DNA of 64,000 bases from Schizosaccharomyces osmophilus (Eukaryota): assembly GCF_027921745.1 (NCBI RefSeq), contig NC_079238.1, positions 2,480,001-2,544,000 of the forward strand, read 5' to 3'. Below are positions 13,963-29,623 of the stretch, in pieces; position 1 is the stretch's first letter; each line of letters opens with the position of its first letter. Below the pieces are notes generated by a model. The model saw only the letters and a list, made by a program, of their open reading frames with translations, was not told the DNA's origin and searched no databases. A program made the translations under genes and the position numbers.

Positions 13963-16649
13963 TTAACTATGATTTATAAATAATTGATCTTCTATAAATA
14001 ACATGGTCCTTTTGAGGCGTTCCGTTGTATTCACGATATAATTCTGCCAGCTTCCTGAAAGCACACCAAAAAATACATCCCAAATTGTTTTCCCATGTAA
14101 ATCCACCAAGAAATTATAACATTCTGTAGGTACATCACAAAGAAAACTGAAATTCTCAATTTGCCAATCAACAAATATAGCAACCTTCTCTTCTTCCATT
14201 TCTTCTTCTATAGAAGGAATTCCCCCTGCAAATCGTAATAATCCTTTTTCCAAAGCATAAAATTTTGTTATCGTATCATTCAATATTAAACAATGCTTTG
14301 CTCGGGTGAGGGCGACATAAAGAATGTTAATCTCTTCCTTCAGATACCGCGAAAACCCAACTCGTGCATAGGAAGTACTATCAAATTTTGGTCGAAAATC
14401 ATTACCTAATTGTACATTATCCCATTCCAAACCTTTTGATTGATGTGCAGTCGCCAAGATGATTCCGTTTTCCCCTTCATCTTTCGACTGAATCAGTCTT
14501 TGCTCACAATTATCTAAGCGTGCAAGAAAACTTTCGCTAAACAGCTCTTCTGCCATATCGTACACCAAGGCAAGTTCGGGGTCCTCTTCTGCAGAGTTTT
14601 TGACATGTGTTTCAAATTCGGCCCATGAGGAAAATTCTCTTAACTTTGGATGAGACGGCCGTCGTCCTTGAGCAAGTTCTGAACCACTGCGCAAAAGTTG
14701 AAAGGCCTTTTTCTTCATTGATCCCAGAATAGTTATAGGTATATTTTTTGGTAAAGACACCGACAAACGAATCGACTGCAAAATGAGTTCTTATAAATTT
14801 TGTTTAGTATTTGAAAATCCTGTAAATTCCATCACTTACCTTTGTTAGTTCTGAATATCATTGTGTGAGGAATAAAACGAAAGTTTTCATTAATCACTGA
14901 AAATGGTTCGTTCATGGAACGAAATACTCGATCTTCCTGTACGCCCCTAAGTTTCACATTTTCTCCTTTTAGAGACAAGATGAAGTTTGCATATTTGGCC
15001 ACTGAATTTCCAAACCGAAAGCTTTTCGTCAAGTACAACTGTTTTGTAGAAGGATAGAGTACTTCATCAAACGCACAAGCATCAGCTCCCCGAAACCCGT
15101 AAATGCATTGATGAGCATCGCCAACGATAACGATTCTAGCATGCTTTTGCCTGTATATGACATCTACCATGCATCGAGTAAAATCTTGGGCCTCGTCAAA
15201 TAGTATGTAGTCATACTTCGAGAATATATTGGGAAATTCATATAAATGCAGCAACTTCATGTATGCATCAGGAATCAAAGGTGCATATGGACAATCAAAA
15301 TTAATAATTAACGCCCATAGCTTCCTCACGTATGATAATAGCTTCTCTTTGGACAATTGAGTTACTTCTAAAGTACGCTTACTTAGGTGTCGAAAACTTA
15401 AGTGAGAATCCGTCGAATGCATAAATCGGTTTAGGGTAAACATTATATGAGAGGCTACTAGGGTTGCAGACGGAGTTCCAGGAGCCGCCTTTCGATTTGA
15501 CTTTGGAAACGCAGCTTGCAGGGACAATAAATTTGCGATATTGGTATTAGAGAGTTGCCTTTCAAGCTTTGAAGCAGGAAGATCTGCTTGAGCTAAGATT
15601 GCACCGTACGCTAAACCATGCATGGTGGAGCACTTGACGTTCATGGGAAAACGTTGTTCGGCCTCTTCTTTAGCAGCTTTGTTAAATGCAACGTATAAAA
15701 TTTTGTTATGTGGCCTGCTACGGGAAAATTCTAAAAGAGCCTTTGTCTTTCCGGTTCCTGCAAAAGCTTTGACTTTCAAAACTTCCCTGGGATACAATTC
15801 ACATTCCACGATTCGTTTCTGTTCTGCAGTAAGGCCTTGCTCGAAGGCATTGTCAAATGGGGATTCTATAGAGAAAACAATATCCTGAAATCTGCTGCTA
15901 GTAGACATTAAAGTTTGAGAAAGTGGATCACGGTAATGTTCATAATCAGTTTTTACAATCGTAAGGAAGGTATCAAGAAAATAAGCAAATTCAATGGCTG
16001 TTGAGGATGAAATATCATAGAGGACATTGAAATAATACCACATATCTTCCTCGAAGAGCATGCCGATGAATAAGATCTGTAAGAAGCGGCTTTGAAGAGT
16101 ACGACTTTGAAACGAAGCCAAAGCTCTTTCAGCAGCTGGAGACAAATATTGCTGTAACTGAAGGCACATGGATTGTACCCATATATCTTCAACGTCGTTC
16201 AAAGTGAAAAAGGAGGTCTTTATTTTCTTCCCATGAAGATCCATTCCATATTGGGACGTCAAGAGATTGTCGATACATATACCGAATTGTTCCATTTTTA
16301 CAGGGCCCGGAGGTAAGCCACAGACAGATTTCACTTCATCTGATTTAGCGTAATACTCACGCTCTGCAGCTGTAGAGGATACCTGGGTACCACTCACAAA
16401 TCCATTCGAAACTGCAGGTGCATAACCCACACCTAAAGCTTCTTTAAGGAGTTTGTTCTTGCGTATATTAAGTTCATAATGTCTCTTTTTCCAAAATAAA
16501 TCAATTGAAGCCTCTAATACAGGATACACTGATGGTACGACAGTCACTAAATTTTGAATGTCCTGAACGGACAAAAAACGACAAATTAACGGTAGAAGTT
16601 CTGTTGGAAGCTGAAAAAAAGAAGGATGGAAAGATCTTATACCATTCAT
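13963..16649 (-). CDS. fbh1: F-box UvrD-type DNA helicase, 2 exons
   Basis: N-terminal F-box (LPTELLPLICRFL), AFAGTGKT, DEAQD and TAHQSKGLEWD; intron ~14792-14839. Confidence 0.95.
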
Positions 16650-17533
16650 ATAAAGAATTTACTGAAAGGAGCGTGTAATTGAAATGAACAATGACCACAT
16701 TACCCTACGGTCCTGGTAATGTGACAACAGGTCAAGTCAAGCAAGTAGGACCTATTTTCTTTAGTATGAAAAGAAATTTTTTTACTCAAATTTAATTTAT
16801 AATAGTTTTTTGATTTCAATAGAATACCTGTCTTTTTACATAACCAATGCAAATCGTGGAATTGACAATTTTTCCTTTTGCATTTTGTTTCGGCGTTAGA
16901 TCCGCTTGAGCTACTTACTTACTTTGAAGAAATTTAGTAAATCGCCTCGGTTTACCAGTATCTTTGGCTGAGAAGAAAGTATTCCAGCAAATAAATAATT
17001 GTATCGAATTTGCAATTTCCCAGTTTCTTACAACCTTTCCATTACAATCACAAATTAACCTTCAAAGCTACACAAATGTGAGATATAATCCCAGCCTTCA
17101 GGCCAGGTCCTTCCATCCTGATATCTGCTCGCTTTGCTGACCTGTTTAAGAAACTTGTTTGTTATATTAGGGACGTTTTAGTGAATGCTCTACGATTGAT
17201 CATTAATTATTAATTCTAACGAAAATGTATTTCTTGTATTATGAGACTTTTCATTTGCGTTGCTGACCAGTTCCCATTATTACATTCCTACCAACAAATC
17301 CTTTCTTTTCTTTTATCAACCTAGAAGCTATTTTCCCAGGGTATTTCAGACTGTTCTTGAATCACTCATATTCAATTAGGGAAGAAATTCCTGCCATTTT
17401 TGTTTCTATAGGAACTCATACTCGTTCTTCAATCCTTTGCAGTATCAAATTTCTTAAGTCACTAAGTGTTTGAAAACATTACTTACGTTAACGAATTTAA
17501 TATATGTTTGTAACGTCTATTTAATCAAACTCT

Positions 17534-19035
17534 ATGAAGATTTTTAAAACATGCTTCGCTAATTTAGCCCTTCTTTGGAGTTTTCTTGTATCAATAACAT
17601 TGGCAGAAAAAACGCTTCTCGTACGTATCAGAAACATTGCCTTATTGTATCTATTGCTTTGCGATTACTAACTATCACGTTCTACAGAGCTCGAAATTTG
17701 GTGAACAATGCAATGGAATTTATTCCAAATCCGAGTCTGGAGGCACTTTAAATCCTGCTATATACAGTATGTCTTTTATTTTCTACATTGATTCATTTAG
17801 ATTTGTCAATACTAACGTGTTTAGTCAATTGGACGCAACCTTGGGATGTGGAAAACGAAATTGAAGTTTTGATCTTCCGTTGGAAGGATATAAAGCAAAT
17901 AGGAAAAGCCAAAGAGAATGGTGAGAGAGTGTATCTTTGTGATTATGATGCTGCTTATACAGATCATCTCTGTGAACCTGAGCAAATAGGCTTTTATATT
18001 TGGAATGCTACTTCTGCAAAGACAGTTAATTCACAAATTGTTTCTTCCTACCCAACCAATATAGTGTACGATATAAATCACTCTGGATATTACTGCATTT
18101 GGACTCATTCACTAAAGGACAAACATTATCAAGCCCTTGTTGACTGGCAAAATGCTTATGGTAATCTACCTGCTTCTCAATATCCTCGCTTGCCTTTATC
18201 TGGTGGAATAACTATCGCATACAGTGTCATTCTGGCTTTATGGATGTTTTTTCGTTTCCAATATAAAAACTCCATAGTACCAGTTCAGCGTGCCTTACTC
18301 ATCGTTTTTGTTTTTTCATGTATCACTCAAGCGTTAACCTCTATCATTTTGGACACAAAGAACCTCCGAGATAGAACAGGCTTCACCTGGATTTCAGAAT
18401 TTATAGTGTCTGTCATATTTTCCCTAGAAAAAGTGATTGACTTTATTTTGCTACTTATATTTTCTTGGGGATATACGAGCTATTCTCCAAAAATCACCGA
18501 GAGGTTAATGAAACAGCATAGTCTCCCGCTAGTGATTTTGTTTCTTTCTCTATTTTCCGTTAAATTTTTTGGTATTTCTATTCAGTCCATCCACCTTGGT
18601 TTATGGTACGGAGTCTTTTTAACCATTGCTGTGTCCTCGTCATTAGTACTCTTGTATCAAGTTTTAATGGATTTTCCTAGTACGCTACAGGCCATGATGG
18701 AAAGACAATTCGTTTCACTACATATCAACTATAAAGTATTGCGCATTTCCGCAGCTATAACCATGGTCCTGAATACTGCTTTCTGTCTCGTTGCTTTTGC
18801 TTTTTGTGCCAGTACTAACCATTCTTCATCATCTAAGATTTGGAAGTTTCGATGGTTTTTCATGGATGGCTGGATGGATGCTTTGCATCTAATATTTTTA
18901 AGTTTGTTAGCATTTTTATGGAGGCCTTCTCCGAAAAACCTTGAACTCGACCCTCATGGATTAAATTACCCTGACTTTGATCCGCGCCTTGAGGAGGAAC
19001 TGCATTTGATACAAGAAGACATAAACCTTACATAA
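17534..19035 (+). CDS. Ptm1/GOST seven-transmembrane family protein, spliced
   Basis: Signal-peptide exon MKIFKTCFANLALLW..., NAYGNLPASQYP and FLWRPS motifs, multiple TM segments. Confidence 0.8.
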
Positions 19036-19121
19036 TTGCGAGTTCAACAAATTCAACAAAAAAACAACCGATGATGATTTATATTGTTTAACTTATTAGA
19101 TAAAATTATGCATAACTTTCT

Positions 19122-20465
19122 TTATGGTTCATAGGGGCTGTTTGCCCTAAAGTTTGTTAAAAGAACGGGAAGGTCAGAAACAAGAACAGCATCTTCAATG
19201 CGTACTCCAATCTTATTGGGAATATAAATTCCTGGCTCAACAGTAAATATATTGCCTTTCTGAACATACGTATTATTATTTGCGGAATTTAAATAAGTAT
19301 TCTCGTGCTCCTCCAAACCCAACCCATGACCCAATCTGTGAGTAAAATAATCGCCGTAGCCAGCTTCACGAATAACATCTCTTGCAATTTGGTCAACACT
19401 TGCACATGAAGTACGGTTAGAATTTCCAAGGGCATTAATTCCAGCTGTTTGTGCTTTGAAGACGATATTCCATATCTTCTCCATCTCTTCGGTCATTTTT
19501 TGATCGTTCGGAAGGACTGTTCTAGTGCAGTCGCTGTGATAACCCAAAAGTTCAGTTCCAATGTCAATCAAAGCAAATTCATTTTTGTTCAATGAACGTT
19601 CAGAAGGCATACCATGAGGCATAGCTGCACGTTCACCAAATAAAACGATCGGACTATCTTGGGATGGAAGACCACCATAATTAAAAAGTCTGTTTATAGT
19701 TTCGGCTAAGTGAAGCTCTGTTATTCCAGGTTTTAGACAGGGCTGAATAGATCGGATTACAGAGATTGTAGCAATATTTACCCGGAACATAATATCAATT
19801 TCTGCATTGCTCTTGATTTCACGAAGACTAGATACATTTTGAGATAGACCCACAATCTCAAATCCATTTTGCTGTAGTCCTTGAGCAATAAAGTTTCGTA
19901 CTGTTCCATCAATCATTAGCTTAGAGGGTCCAAGGATGTCATATAAAACTTGATAGGGATTTTCATCCTCATCCCATGTAATATATTTTGCGAACAATTT
20001 ATCACCCACCAGTTCTTTTGCGCGAGGAAGTTCAAATTTTGGAAGCAAGAAAAATACAGTTGTTCCAGAAGATTCCTCGTCGGCGAAAACAATTCCCAAA
20101 AAGGGACGTTCGGACAAGCCCCAAGCGTTGGAGGAGACATTGGCATAATAGTTCATAGAAATAGTCGGCTCCATGACAAAGGCATCAACATTTTCGGAAG
20201 CCAGAGTGGAGGCGAGTCTCTCACGGCGTGTCATAAATTCTTCTTCTTGAATGGCAATCACTTTATTGATCATTGGAGGGACATAGATCATAGAAGGTAC
20301 AGCGCATTGATATAGTTCGTCAATTGGATTGGCCGATTTAAGAAAGACATATTTGAATGACAGAAACCCAAATATTAAGGAAGTAAGACCAAGAAGAACG
20401 TAGCGAACAAACGGCCGTTTGAGCAAATCCTTGGCTCGATCAAACACATACTCCAAATGCACCAT
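19122..20465 (-). CDS. X-Pro dipeptidase (peptidase M24B) with N-terminal TM anchor
   Basis: HRLGHGLGLEEHE, TVEPGIY and GVRIED motifs. Confidence 0.9.
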   Translation of the reverse strand: MVHLEYVFDRAKDLLKRPFVRYVLLGLTSLIFGFLSFKYVFLKSANPIDELYQCAVPSMIYVPPMINKVIAIQEEEFMTRRERLASTLASENVDAFVMEPTISMNYYANVSSNAWGLSERPFLGIVFADEESSGTTVFFLLPKFELPRAKELVGDKLFAKYITWDEDENPYQVLYDILGPSKLMIDGTVRNFIAQGLQQNGFEIVGLSQNVSSLREIKSNAEIDIMFRVNIATISVIRSIQPCLKPGITELHLAETINRLFNYGGLPSQDSPIVLFGERAAMPHGMPSERSLNKNEFALIDIGTELLGYHSDCTRTVLPNDQKMTEEMEKIWNIVFKAQTAGINALGNSNRTSCASVDQIARDVIREAGYGDYFTHRLGHGLGLEEHENTYLNSANNNTYVQKGNIFTVEPGIYIPNKIGVRIEDAVLVSDLPVLLTNFRANSPYEP

Positions 20466-21580
20466 TTAAACGAAGCGTAAATAGAAATTATATAGAACTT
20501 ATAAAAAAAGAAAAGAAAACGAAAAAAAAAGATATAAAACTTGAAAAAGTTTTCCTGTAAAACAAAAAGGACGTTGGTGTTGACAGTAGCAGCCCGTCAT
20601 CAAAGCGTTGAACGTAAGGGCTACTAAATGTATTTGTTCAACAGGCTTAGTATGACCTTTGGTATTTTCATTGCCCTTTTTTTTTTTTAAAAAAAAGAAA
20701 AAAAATAAAGCAAGCCATGTCAATTCATTTCCCATTTTTTTGTACCATTATTACTCTGGGACCATGTAGTAAAAAATAGTAACAATTATATGAATGAAAA
20801 GAAGAGCCAAGGTTTTTAAGAGCGCCAAGACATCAAAACAAGCAATGTATAGAGATAGACCTGATCAGGAACTGCATCCTTCCTACTTTATTAGAATTGG
20901 AACTTGACTTTGATGAGTAAGAATGAAATACGAAGAATTAGATATAGTAAGTATAGTAGTCCTGTCTACGAAGGCTCGATGAGTCCTGTAGTTCATCGTT
21001 TGCTCGTAGATACGTCTATCCTGAAACGTTTATTAAAAATGCTCGATTTCACAAATAGCTTTCATCCTTATAATGAAAGAAATAAGAATTATAAAACTAG
21101 GAAATATGGGAAAATACCGTAAACACTTACATCTACTGTCTATTGCTACTGCTACTCATTTTTGCTAATTTCTTGACAAGTCATAAACATAGGATAAAAT
21201 CTTAGCAAAGTAAACAAGTATTCCTTCATAAAGATGAAACAGATAAAGCCACTCCATTACTTGATTCAAACAGATATTCTGAATTACAAACTTGTGAAAG
21301 TGTTATGGTAGAGAGAAGATCAATATGAGAAAAAAAATTTGAAACATATACATAAACATACAGCCAAATTCCTTTTTTAAAAAAATAAAAGTAATTTACA
21401 AATTATGAGTAAGAGAATACAAGTAAAATGGAGTATATGAGATGCAGCGCTAGAAAGCTTGATAACGGTCACCGACCATCAAGCCGTCAACCCCCGCTAC
21501 ACCACCAGATAGATTTCATCTTCTACCAAAAACAACCGTCCCATAGAGAAACGACCGTCAAGAAAAGAAATATAAGAATA

Positions 21581-22178
<598 letters not shown>

Positions 22179-23721
22179 ACGAATATTACAAATAACTTAT
22201 CCTCCAGAGGACGACTATCCTTACACTTCTAGTTATGCAACCTATGATTTACTATCGCTGCATTTCCTATGCTCTTTTTCTTTTTGTATCGTTCTCGATT
22301 CTGCTGTAGGCGTTTGTGCCCATTGAGCTCCTTTCTTTGGTATTCCATTGTGTCATATGACCCCAAGTCCTTTGACTTTTATAAAGCCGAACATGCACCA
22401 TATTTTAATGCTTCTTGTTGGCTTCCGTACATAATTTATTTTATGTGTTCAAATTGATTAGTCTCCATACGTACCACCGTACCTGTACTACGGACGAGTA
22501 GTTCAGGCGCGATTTTATACAATACAAGGAAGATCCTATTGGTTCTTTAGATTTAGAGTATAAAATTTTCCTACTCAAGAAGCGAAATCACTTAATTTTG
22601 CGAGATTTCTGTTCTTAGTCAAATTGGCTTCCTGTCACAAAAATACGTTTTGCATGTTCATTGTGTGCAGTGCTTGAAATTTTGTATCAAATCTGAAACA
22701 GACTCGAAAACCGTCTGTTAACCCCTCGTTTGCGTAGCTTTCTATGGGGTCTTTGAGCAATGCTGCCATTTGTGCGCCTTTGTCTTTCTTTTGTGCGCAT
22801 AACTATCGAATTCTTAGCACCGGTTGTTTCTTGTGATACCTGTTCATGCTGGATCAGAAAGTTTATGCAGAACCTGTAAATTTAAACGTGTACTGGTTAG
22901 CATAGACTGTGCTTGATGGACAATTTCTTTTTCATGACGGGAGTGAATTAAAAGACTGACCTGTTTTTTCTCCCTCCAAGGCATTATCGAAAGAAGATTT
23001 GCAAAGAGTACTGAAAGCATTTGAATCATAGCGTGAGAAGGTCTCTACTCGAGATACTACTTTAGTTTATTACGAGATTTATGAATCCCAGATACATCTC
23101 ATTGGAATGGTCCCTCTCGGAGTTTATTCTATTGTTTTTATGTGCTTATATAAAGATATTAAATAACATATTGATTATGTCCGCACGACTTTTGTAATCC
23201 GCCATGGAGTAATACTTATGACACGTAACGTGGAAAAAATACGTTTCAAAGGATGATAGGCAATATGGCAAACAAAAAGTGAGAGACTTAAGCATGAAAT
23301 TGTATTAAGCATACATCGAAAGTGGCAACTTGGACTTCCTCTGGTTCCCTATACTGCACATCTCACTTTTCTGCCGATGTTGTTTTCCATTCTTTACATT
23401 ATAGAACTTGGGCTGAAAAATCGCAACCATAGTTTAAGAAAACGCCTTCAGTAATACTAGGCGAAATTCAAAAAACAATTCTCATATTAATACAAATTTA
23501 TTTCTTGCAATAAATTTCCATCGAGCAAGCTTTTCTTCTTTTTTGTAAACAAAACGAATTCCTTTTAAATCGTAATACCATTTTACACGTCCAAACGAAT
23601 TTCACTATTTGAATTTCTTCTAAAGATTTCTTTCTCGGTGCACGCCAATTATAGTAACTGTGTCTATATAAGAAGATGATGACCCATGAAATCTTGATTT
23701 ACACAACAGAACATACAAGAG

Positions 23722-26112
23722 ATGTACGCCTTACAGAAAGGTATAGCAAATCGAATATTTAACATTCGGCAGTGCTCTGGAAGTTTGAGGAAATTACCTC
23801 GTCATCTTGTTTCGAGGAATCTTTCTCAAAAATCCGCAATTGGACATGGTACTGGATGTGTGATTGCTTCTTCGCGTTTGAATCCTGTTTTTAAAAGCAA
23901 TTGGGGGAATTTGGGATGGAGTCAACGAAGATTCTATGCTGCAAACCCGAATGGCGGGACCTTTCGAATGAATTTAGGTGGAACACCAAAGCCTGGGGCA
24001 GCCTTGGAGGAATTCGGTACTGATCTCACTGCTCTAGCCAAACAAGGGAAGCTTGACCCTGTAATTGGCCGTGAAGAGGAAATCCAAAGGACAATTCAAA
24101 TTTTGTCACGCCGCACAAAAAATAATCCAGCTCTGGTTGGCCCTGCGGGTGTTGGCAAGACGGCCATTATGGAAGGGTTAGCCACGAGAATTGTCCGAGG
24201 AGAGGTCCCAGAGTCGATGAAAGAAAAAACGGTAATTGTTCTTGACTTGGGTGCTCTAATTTCAGGTGCAAAATTCCGTGGTGATTTTGAAGAGCGCTTA
24301 AAGAGTGTTTTGAGCGATTTGGAGGCTTCCGAAGGAAAGGTGATACTTTTCGTTGACGAAATGCATCTTTTGCTTGGATTCGGTAAAGCAGAAGGCTCTA
24401 TTGATGCTAGCAATTTACTCAAGCCGGCTTTAGCTAGAGGAAAGTTACAATGCTGTGGTGCTACTACTTTGGAGGAATACCGAAAGTATATCGAAAAGGA
24501 TGCAGCTTTGGCTCGTCGTTTCCAAGCTGTCATGATTTCTGAGCCTTCTCTTTCCGACTCAATTTCCATCCTCCGTGGTTTGAAAGAACGCTATGAAGTG
24601 CATCACGGTGTACGGATCACGGATGACTCTTTGGTTACTGCTGCCACCTATAGCTCGCGTTATATCACTGATCGGTTTTTACCAGACAAAGCTATTGATT
24701 TAGTAGATGAGGCTTGTTCTTCTCTACGACTACAACAAGAATCGAAACCAGATGAACTTCGCCGTTTAGACCGCCAAATTATGACAATTCAAATCGAGCT
24801 TGCGTCTTTGAAAAAAGAGACAGATACAACTTCGATTGACCGTCGTGAAAAGCTAGAAAAGAAATTGGCAGATTTACGTACTGATCAGGAAAAGCTCTCT
24901 GCCATTTGGGAAGAAGAAAGAGGGGCCTTGAATAATATTAAGGCCGCCAAAATGGATTTAGAAAAAGCTAGGATTGAACTTGAGCGAACTCAACGCGAGG
25001 GGGATTATACTCGTGCTTCTGAGCTCCAATATGCCATTATTCCAGAATTGCAGCGCAAGCTTCCTAAGGAAGAAGAAAACCTGGAGAATAAAAGACCTTC
25101 ATTGGTACATGATTCTGTCACTAGTGATGATATCGCACTCGTTGTTTCTCGAGCAACTGGCATCCCAACCACAAACTTGATGCGTGGGGAACGTGACCGT
25201 TTACTGCATATGGAGCAAACAATCGGTAAATCTATTATTGGTCAGGATGAAGCTCTTCACTCTATCGCGGATGCTGTTCGCTTGTCTCGTGCTGGTTTGC
25301 AAAGCAGCAACCGTCCTTTGGCATCTTTCCTATTCTTAGGACCTACAGGAGTTGGTAAAACCGCACTGACCAAAGCTCTTGCTGAATTCTTGTTTGACAG
25401 CGAGAAAGCAATGATACGGTTCGACATGTCTGAATTCCAAGAGAAGCATACCGTATCCCGTTTGGTTGGTAGTCCTCCTGGCTACATAGGTTATGAGGAA
25501 TCAGGCGAGCTTACCGAAGCTGTTCGTCGTAAACCTTATGCCGTCTTACTTTTTGACGAATTGGAGAAAGCCCATAACGACGTTAGCAACATCTTGTTGC
25601 AGGTGTTAGATGAGGGATTTTTGACGGATGCTCAAGGACGTAAGGTTGATTTCCGATCAACCTTGATTGTAATGACATCTAATCTCGGCAGTGAGATCCT
25701 TGTCAATGATCCTAGTAGTACTGTTACGCCAGAATCGCGCAAAAAGGTGATTGAGATAGTACAGGGCTATTATCCTCCAGAATTTTTGAACCGAATCGAT
25801 GAACAAATTGTGTTTAACAAGTTGTCTGAAAAGAATTTGGAAGGCATTGTCAACGTTCGTTTGGCTGAAGTTCAAGAACGATTGAATGATCGTCGCATTT
25901 TGCTTACCGTGAGCGAAAGCGCAAAGAAATGGCTTGCCGAAAAAGGATACTCTCCTTCCTACGGTGCCCGACCCTTGAACCGTCTAATCCAAAAGAAGAT
26001 TCTGAATACGTTGGCTATGAGAATCATTCAAGGCGACATAAAGTCGGACCAGAATGTTTTGGTTGATGTTTTGGATGGAGATTTAGATTTTAAGACGTCC
26101 AAATTGGAATAA
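23722..26112 (+). CDS. hsp78: Mitochondrial ClpB-type disaggregase
   Basis: Arg-rich presequence, no N-domain, two AAA modules ([16 protein letters not shown]). Confidence 0.95.
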   Translation: MYALQKGIANRIFNIRQCSGSLRKLPRHLVSRNLSQKSAIGHGTGCVIASSRLNPVFKSNWGNLGWSQRRFYAANPNGGTFRMNLGGTPKPGAALEEFGTDLTALAKQGKLDPVIGREEEIQRTIQILSRRTKNNPALVGPAGVGKTAIMEGLATRIVRGEVPESMKEKTVIVLDLGALISGAKFRGDFEERLKSVLSDLEASEGKVILFVDEMHLLLGFGKAEGSIDASNLLKPALARGKLQCCGATTLEEYRKYIEKDAALARRFQAVMISEPSLSDSISILRGLKERYEVHHGVRITDDSLVTAATYSSRYITDRFLPDKAIDLVDEACSSLRLQQESKPDELRRLDRQIMTIQIELASLKKETDTTSIDRREKLEKKLADLRTDQEKLSAIWEEERGALNNIKAAKMDLEKARIELERTQREGDYTRASELQYAIIPELQRKLPKEEENLENKRPSLVHDSVTSDDIALVVSRATGIPTTNLMRGERDRLLHMEQTIGKSIIGQDEALHSIADAVRLSRAGLQSSNRPLASFLFLGPTGVGKTALTKALAEFLFDSEKAMIRFDMSEFQEKHTVSRLVGSPPGYIGYEESGELTEAVRRKPYAVLLFDELEKAHNDVSNILLQVLDEGFLTDAQGRKVDFRSTLIVMTSNLGSEILVNDPSSTVTPESRKKVIEIVQGYYPPEFLNRIDEQIVFNKLSEKNLEGIVNVRLAEVQERLNDRRILLTVSESAKKWLAEKGYSPSYGARPLNRLIQKKILNTLAMRIIQGDIKSDQNVLVDVLDGDLDFKTSKLE

Positions 26113-26569
26113 AAAAGTAATGTACGAAAGTTGGCTCATAAATCTCGAGCTTGCTATTTTTAACGATATCATTGATTTAATACTGCACCTTAGATTACTT
26201 TGGCAATGAAATACTTAATTTTGGAATCAAAAGCTACACCTTTTCAGAACCTGCTTAACAGTAAAAGATGGGACAACATGAGATTTTATTCTGTAGACCT
26301 TTACTTTGTCATGGAAACTAAGAGAAGTAAAAACGGACTCTCGAAGTATACTGACTTTGATGAGTAGAAAGTTCCTATGATGGTATACCGATACTATGAT
26401 ATTACTATACTTATATGTCATAATCAGTTCATGAAGTAGAAATCCTGTATACAACCATCTAGTCAATTTTGGACGAATTTTGGAAGGAAAAAAAAGAAAA
26501 GCAATTACGAATGAATATATCGATTGCATTATATTAAATACCAGTTGTCAATAAGGGAATTTGCATAAA

Positions 26570-27973
26570 ATGTTTGGAATCAGTAAGCTAGTGACGATTT
26601 GGCATGCCGTATGGGCATATCTTTTGCTTCCCAATATGGGAATTTCTCAGACTGAAGTTGATACAGATGCGATTTATGGAATGCAAAGTAGAATACGAAC
26701 ATTATTGCCCGTCATGACAGAGCAAAGTGATTACTTTTCAAACTACAAACTAAACCTGTATCGGGCTGAATGTCCTCTATGGGATAATGACAATGCTATG
26801 TGCAGTAGTCAAGGATGTGCGGTGGACACGCTGGAAGAGAATGAGGTCTCTGATGTCTGGAAGCGTTTTAGTGACGTTGATCCGTCCTCGAAAAAAAATG
26901 AAACGAAATGCAATTGGGAGCATAATTCTCAGTTAGATTACTGCTACCTAGATGAGGTATCTTCTGAGCAGGATTGTGTTTTCGTTTCGCTTGTTAATAA
27001 TCCAGAAAGGTTTACTGGCTATTCGGGAGATCATACAGCTGCTATCTGGCGCAATATTTATGAACAAAATTGCTTCGTGGTAGATGATGATGAAAGTTTA
27101 AAGGAGAAGTCAAGAAGAGAATCTTTTTATAAGCCAGGCATGTATCCATTTCAGCTGTCTCCTAAAGAAGACGATATCCTCACCATTTCACCATCCGTTG
27201 CTAGTCAGGAGAAGCGTATGCTAAACAAGATCATTTCTGGGTTTCACGCTAGTATCTCTTCTCATATTTGTGAAAACTATTATGACACCAATCGAAATCG
27301 CTGGACCCGGAACTTGGAATGTTGGTTGGCCAAAGTTGGAAATTATCCAGAGCGTATTGAAAATATATTCTTTAACTATGCTCTTTTGCACCAGGCATTT
27401 GTACGCATTGCCGATCAGCTGGTAGAAATGGAAAACAATAGCACATCCTCCTTTTGTCCAGACAATCTAGCGATTGATGCACGAACGAAGTTGGCATTTG
27501 ATAATCTCGCTTTTATAGCCCAGCAGGATAGAAAGGTAATCATGAGCTCCAAATTCTTTGCCGATGAAGAATCTCAAAAGTTCAAAGAAACTTTCCGCAA
27601 ACATTTCCACGACGTTTCTCGCATTATGGACTGTGTCGGTTGTGACAAGTGTAGACTGTGGGGAAAGCTACAGATCACTGGATATGGTACTGCGTTGAAA
27701 CTTCTTTTTGAGCCTGAGACGCAGCTTAATGACCTACGTCCATCGGAAATAGTGGCCTTGGTCAATACTTTTGATCGAATCGCTCACTCTGTACAGTCAT
27801 CTTTTTGGTTTCAATTAAGGAGGAGAGCTGACCTTTCTGTTAAATTCATCCAATTTGTTATTGCTCTTTCTTTTAAAGCACCTACTCGTGAAATTCTTTC
27901 CTTTTTCGCTGAACAACTTTGGTACATCTTTTATGCCATCCTTTATATATGCAATGTACCAAGGTTAATCTAA
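26570..27973 (+). CDS. ero11: ER oxidoreductin Ero1
   Basis: NPERFTGY and [17 protein letters not shown] motifs; paralog assignment rests on gene order. Confidence 0.9.
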   Translation: MFGISKLVTIWHAVWAYLLLPNMGISQTEVDTDAIYGMQSRIRTLLPVMTEQSDYFSNYKLNLYRAECPLWDNDNAMCSSQGCAVDTLEENEVSDVWKRFSDVDPSSKKNETKCNWEHNSQLDYCYLDEVSSEQDCVFVSLVNNPERFTGYSGDHTAAIWRNIYEQNCFVVDDDESLKEKSRRESFYKPGMYPFQLSPKEDDILTISPSVASQEKRMLNKIISGFHASISSHICENYYDTNRNRWTRNLECWLAKVGNYPERIENIFFNYALLHQAFVRIADQLVEMENNSTSSFCPDNLAIDARTKLAFDNLAFIAQQDRKVIMSSKFFADEESQKFKETFRKHFHDVSRIMDCVGCDKCRLWGKLQITGYGTALKLLFEPETQLNDLRPSEIVALVNTFDRIAHSVQSSFWFQLRRRADLSVKFIQFVIALSFKAPTREILSFFAEQLWYIFYAILYICNVPRLI

Positions 27974-28709
27974 TTTTTTGCTATCTTTTATTAAAATTTC
28001 ATTTTTCCTGGTTATTCATATTGGCATTTGGAAATTTTTCCTATAAATAGCAGTCTGGGTATTATAGAAGTTGTCTTTAACCAACTCCCAGAGACGATCA
28101 CTGAAACATATGGAGATTTGAGACAATTCAGAGAAAGATTCCTTTTTCCAAAGGGTATGTAAATTTTCATTTCTTTTTGCAAATGAAAATAAGAACAAAT
28201 ATGATGACTAAAATTGGTCCGTGTTACTGAACGGGATTAAGACCCCGGATACGAAGAGAAACCCAATTTTTTATTGCTGATTTTTGTTTTCATTCTTGAA
28301 AAGAATTCTTTTCGATTTACGTTCTCTTGCTAACAGTTTTTTAGAATTTTGAAGCGAGTATAAATTGTAGCACCATAGATGCTTACTCATAGTAATTTTA
28401 TAGCTATTAGTTATTATGATATTATAGGAAATGGAATTTTTTTGGATGAAAATGTACGATCTTTGCAAAAGTATCTTGTATGGTTATGTAGGTTTGAGAT
28501 TCTTCTGTAATGTTTCATTGAAACTGATCTTTTCTAAATTCAACATTTTTGCATTTTTTGAAATTTTGTACAACAAAGAAGGAAATAAATTATCAAGAAA
28601 CCAATAACTTGGGTTGAAAAGGCAACATCGATTAACCAATATTAATTTTCGTTAGCATCTCCTACTTACAAACTCACAAGGACGAGATCCATACATTTGA
28701 CATTCATCC

Positions 28710-29623
28710 ATGTCAGACATCGATGATGAAGAGTTTGAACAACTAGGCCTTACAGCTCTTGAACAAGTCGAAAAGACAAAGACTTCTGTTAATCAACCTC
28801 AACCGATCATTCCTCAAAAGGTTTCAAGAGTCACAGCTCATGCGATCCTTGTGAATTTTCGACAGGTACGAGTGGAATGCCAGGAAACAAACTAACGAAT
28901 GAACTGTAGAAAGGAAATCCTTTATTGGTATGATTAGTACATGCATGTAGTACTTTGGATGAAGCTGACGGCCATAGCACCATGTTCGTAATGTGCCTTG
29001 GGAATATGCAGAAATAGTCCCAGACTTCGTGATGGGAAATGGGATCTGCAGCTTGTTTTTGAGGTATATTAAACTAATGCTTTCTCTATGTGACTTACTA
29101 ACGCATTTTTTATGGTAGTTTGAAATATCATCATCTTCATCCTGAGTATATTTATGGAAGAATATCTCGACTAGGAAAGGCTTACAATTTACGAGTCATG
29201 CTTGTCCTAGTAGACGTTGATAATCATCAAGCTTCTATCCAAGAGCTAGTGAAAACTAGTATCGTGAACCAGTATACCTTGGTTCTTGCTTGGTCGCCGG
29301 AAGAAGCAGCAAGGTACTTGGAAACTTATAAAGCATACGAACACGTAACTCCCACTTCTATTATGGAGAAGCCATCTATGGATTACTTGAGCCAAGTTCA
29401 GACATGTCTCACCTCCGTTCGAGGTATCAATAAAAGCGATAGTCTGACTCTTCTTTCTCAATTTGGGTCTTTAAAAGGTGCGTTGTCTGCCTCCAGAGAA
29501 GACTTGGAGCAGTTGGAGGGTTGGGGCCCTACGAAAGTAAATCGCTTTCTGGAAGCTGCGCAACAACCCTTCATGTCACGTTCAGTTATCAAGAATCCCG
29601 AATCATTGTCGAAAGAGATTTAA
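28710..29623 (+). CDS. swi10: ERCC1/Rad10 endonuclease subunit, 4 exons including an 18-nt exon
   Basis: RQ|KGNPLL|HHVRNVPWEY, LKYHHLHPEYI, EEAARYLETYK, HhH C-terminus. Confidence 0.93.

Noticed and set aside
22460..23700. Long arf1-hsp78 intergenic region with an imperfect hairpin and a 61-aa ORF
   Set aside because: No convincing ncRNA, coding or heat-shock-element signature by eye.
24096..24569. Long antisense ORFs inside hsp78, erb1, str1 and kin1
   Set aside because: Shadow frames of conserved coding genes.
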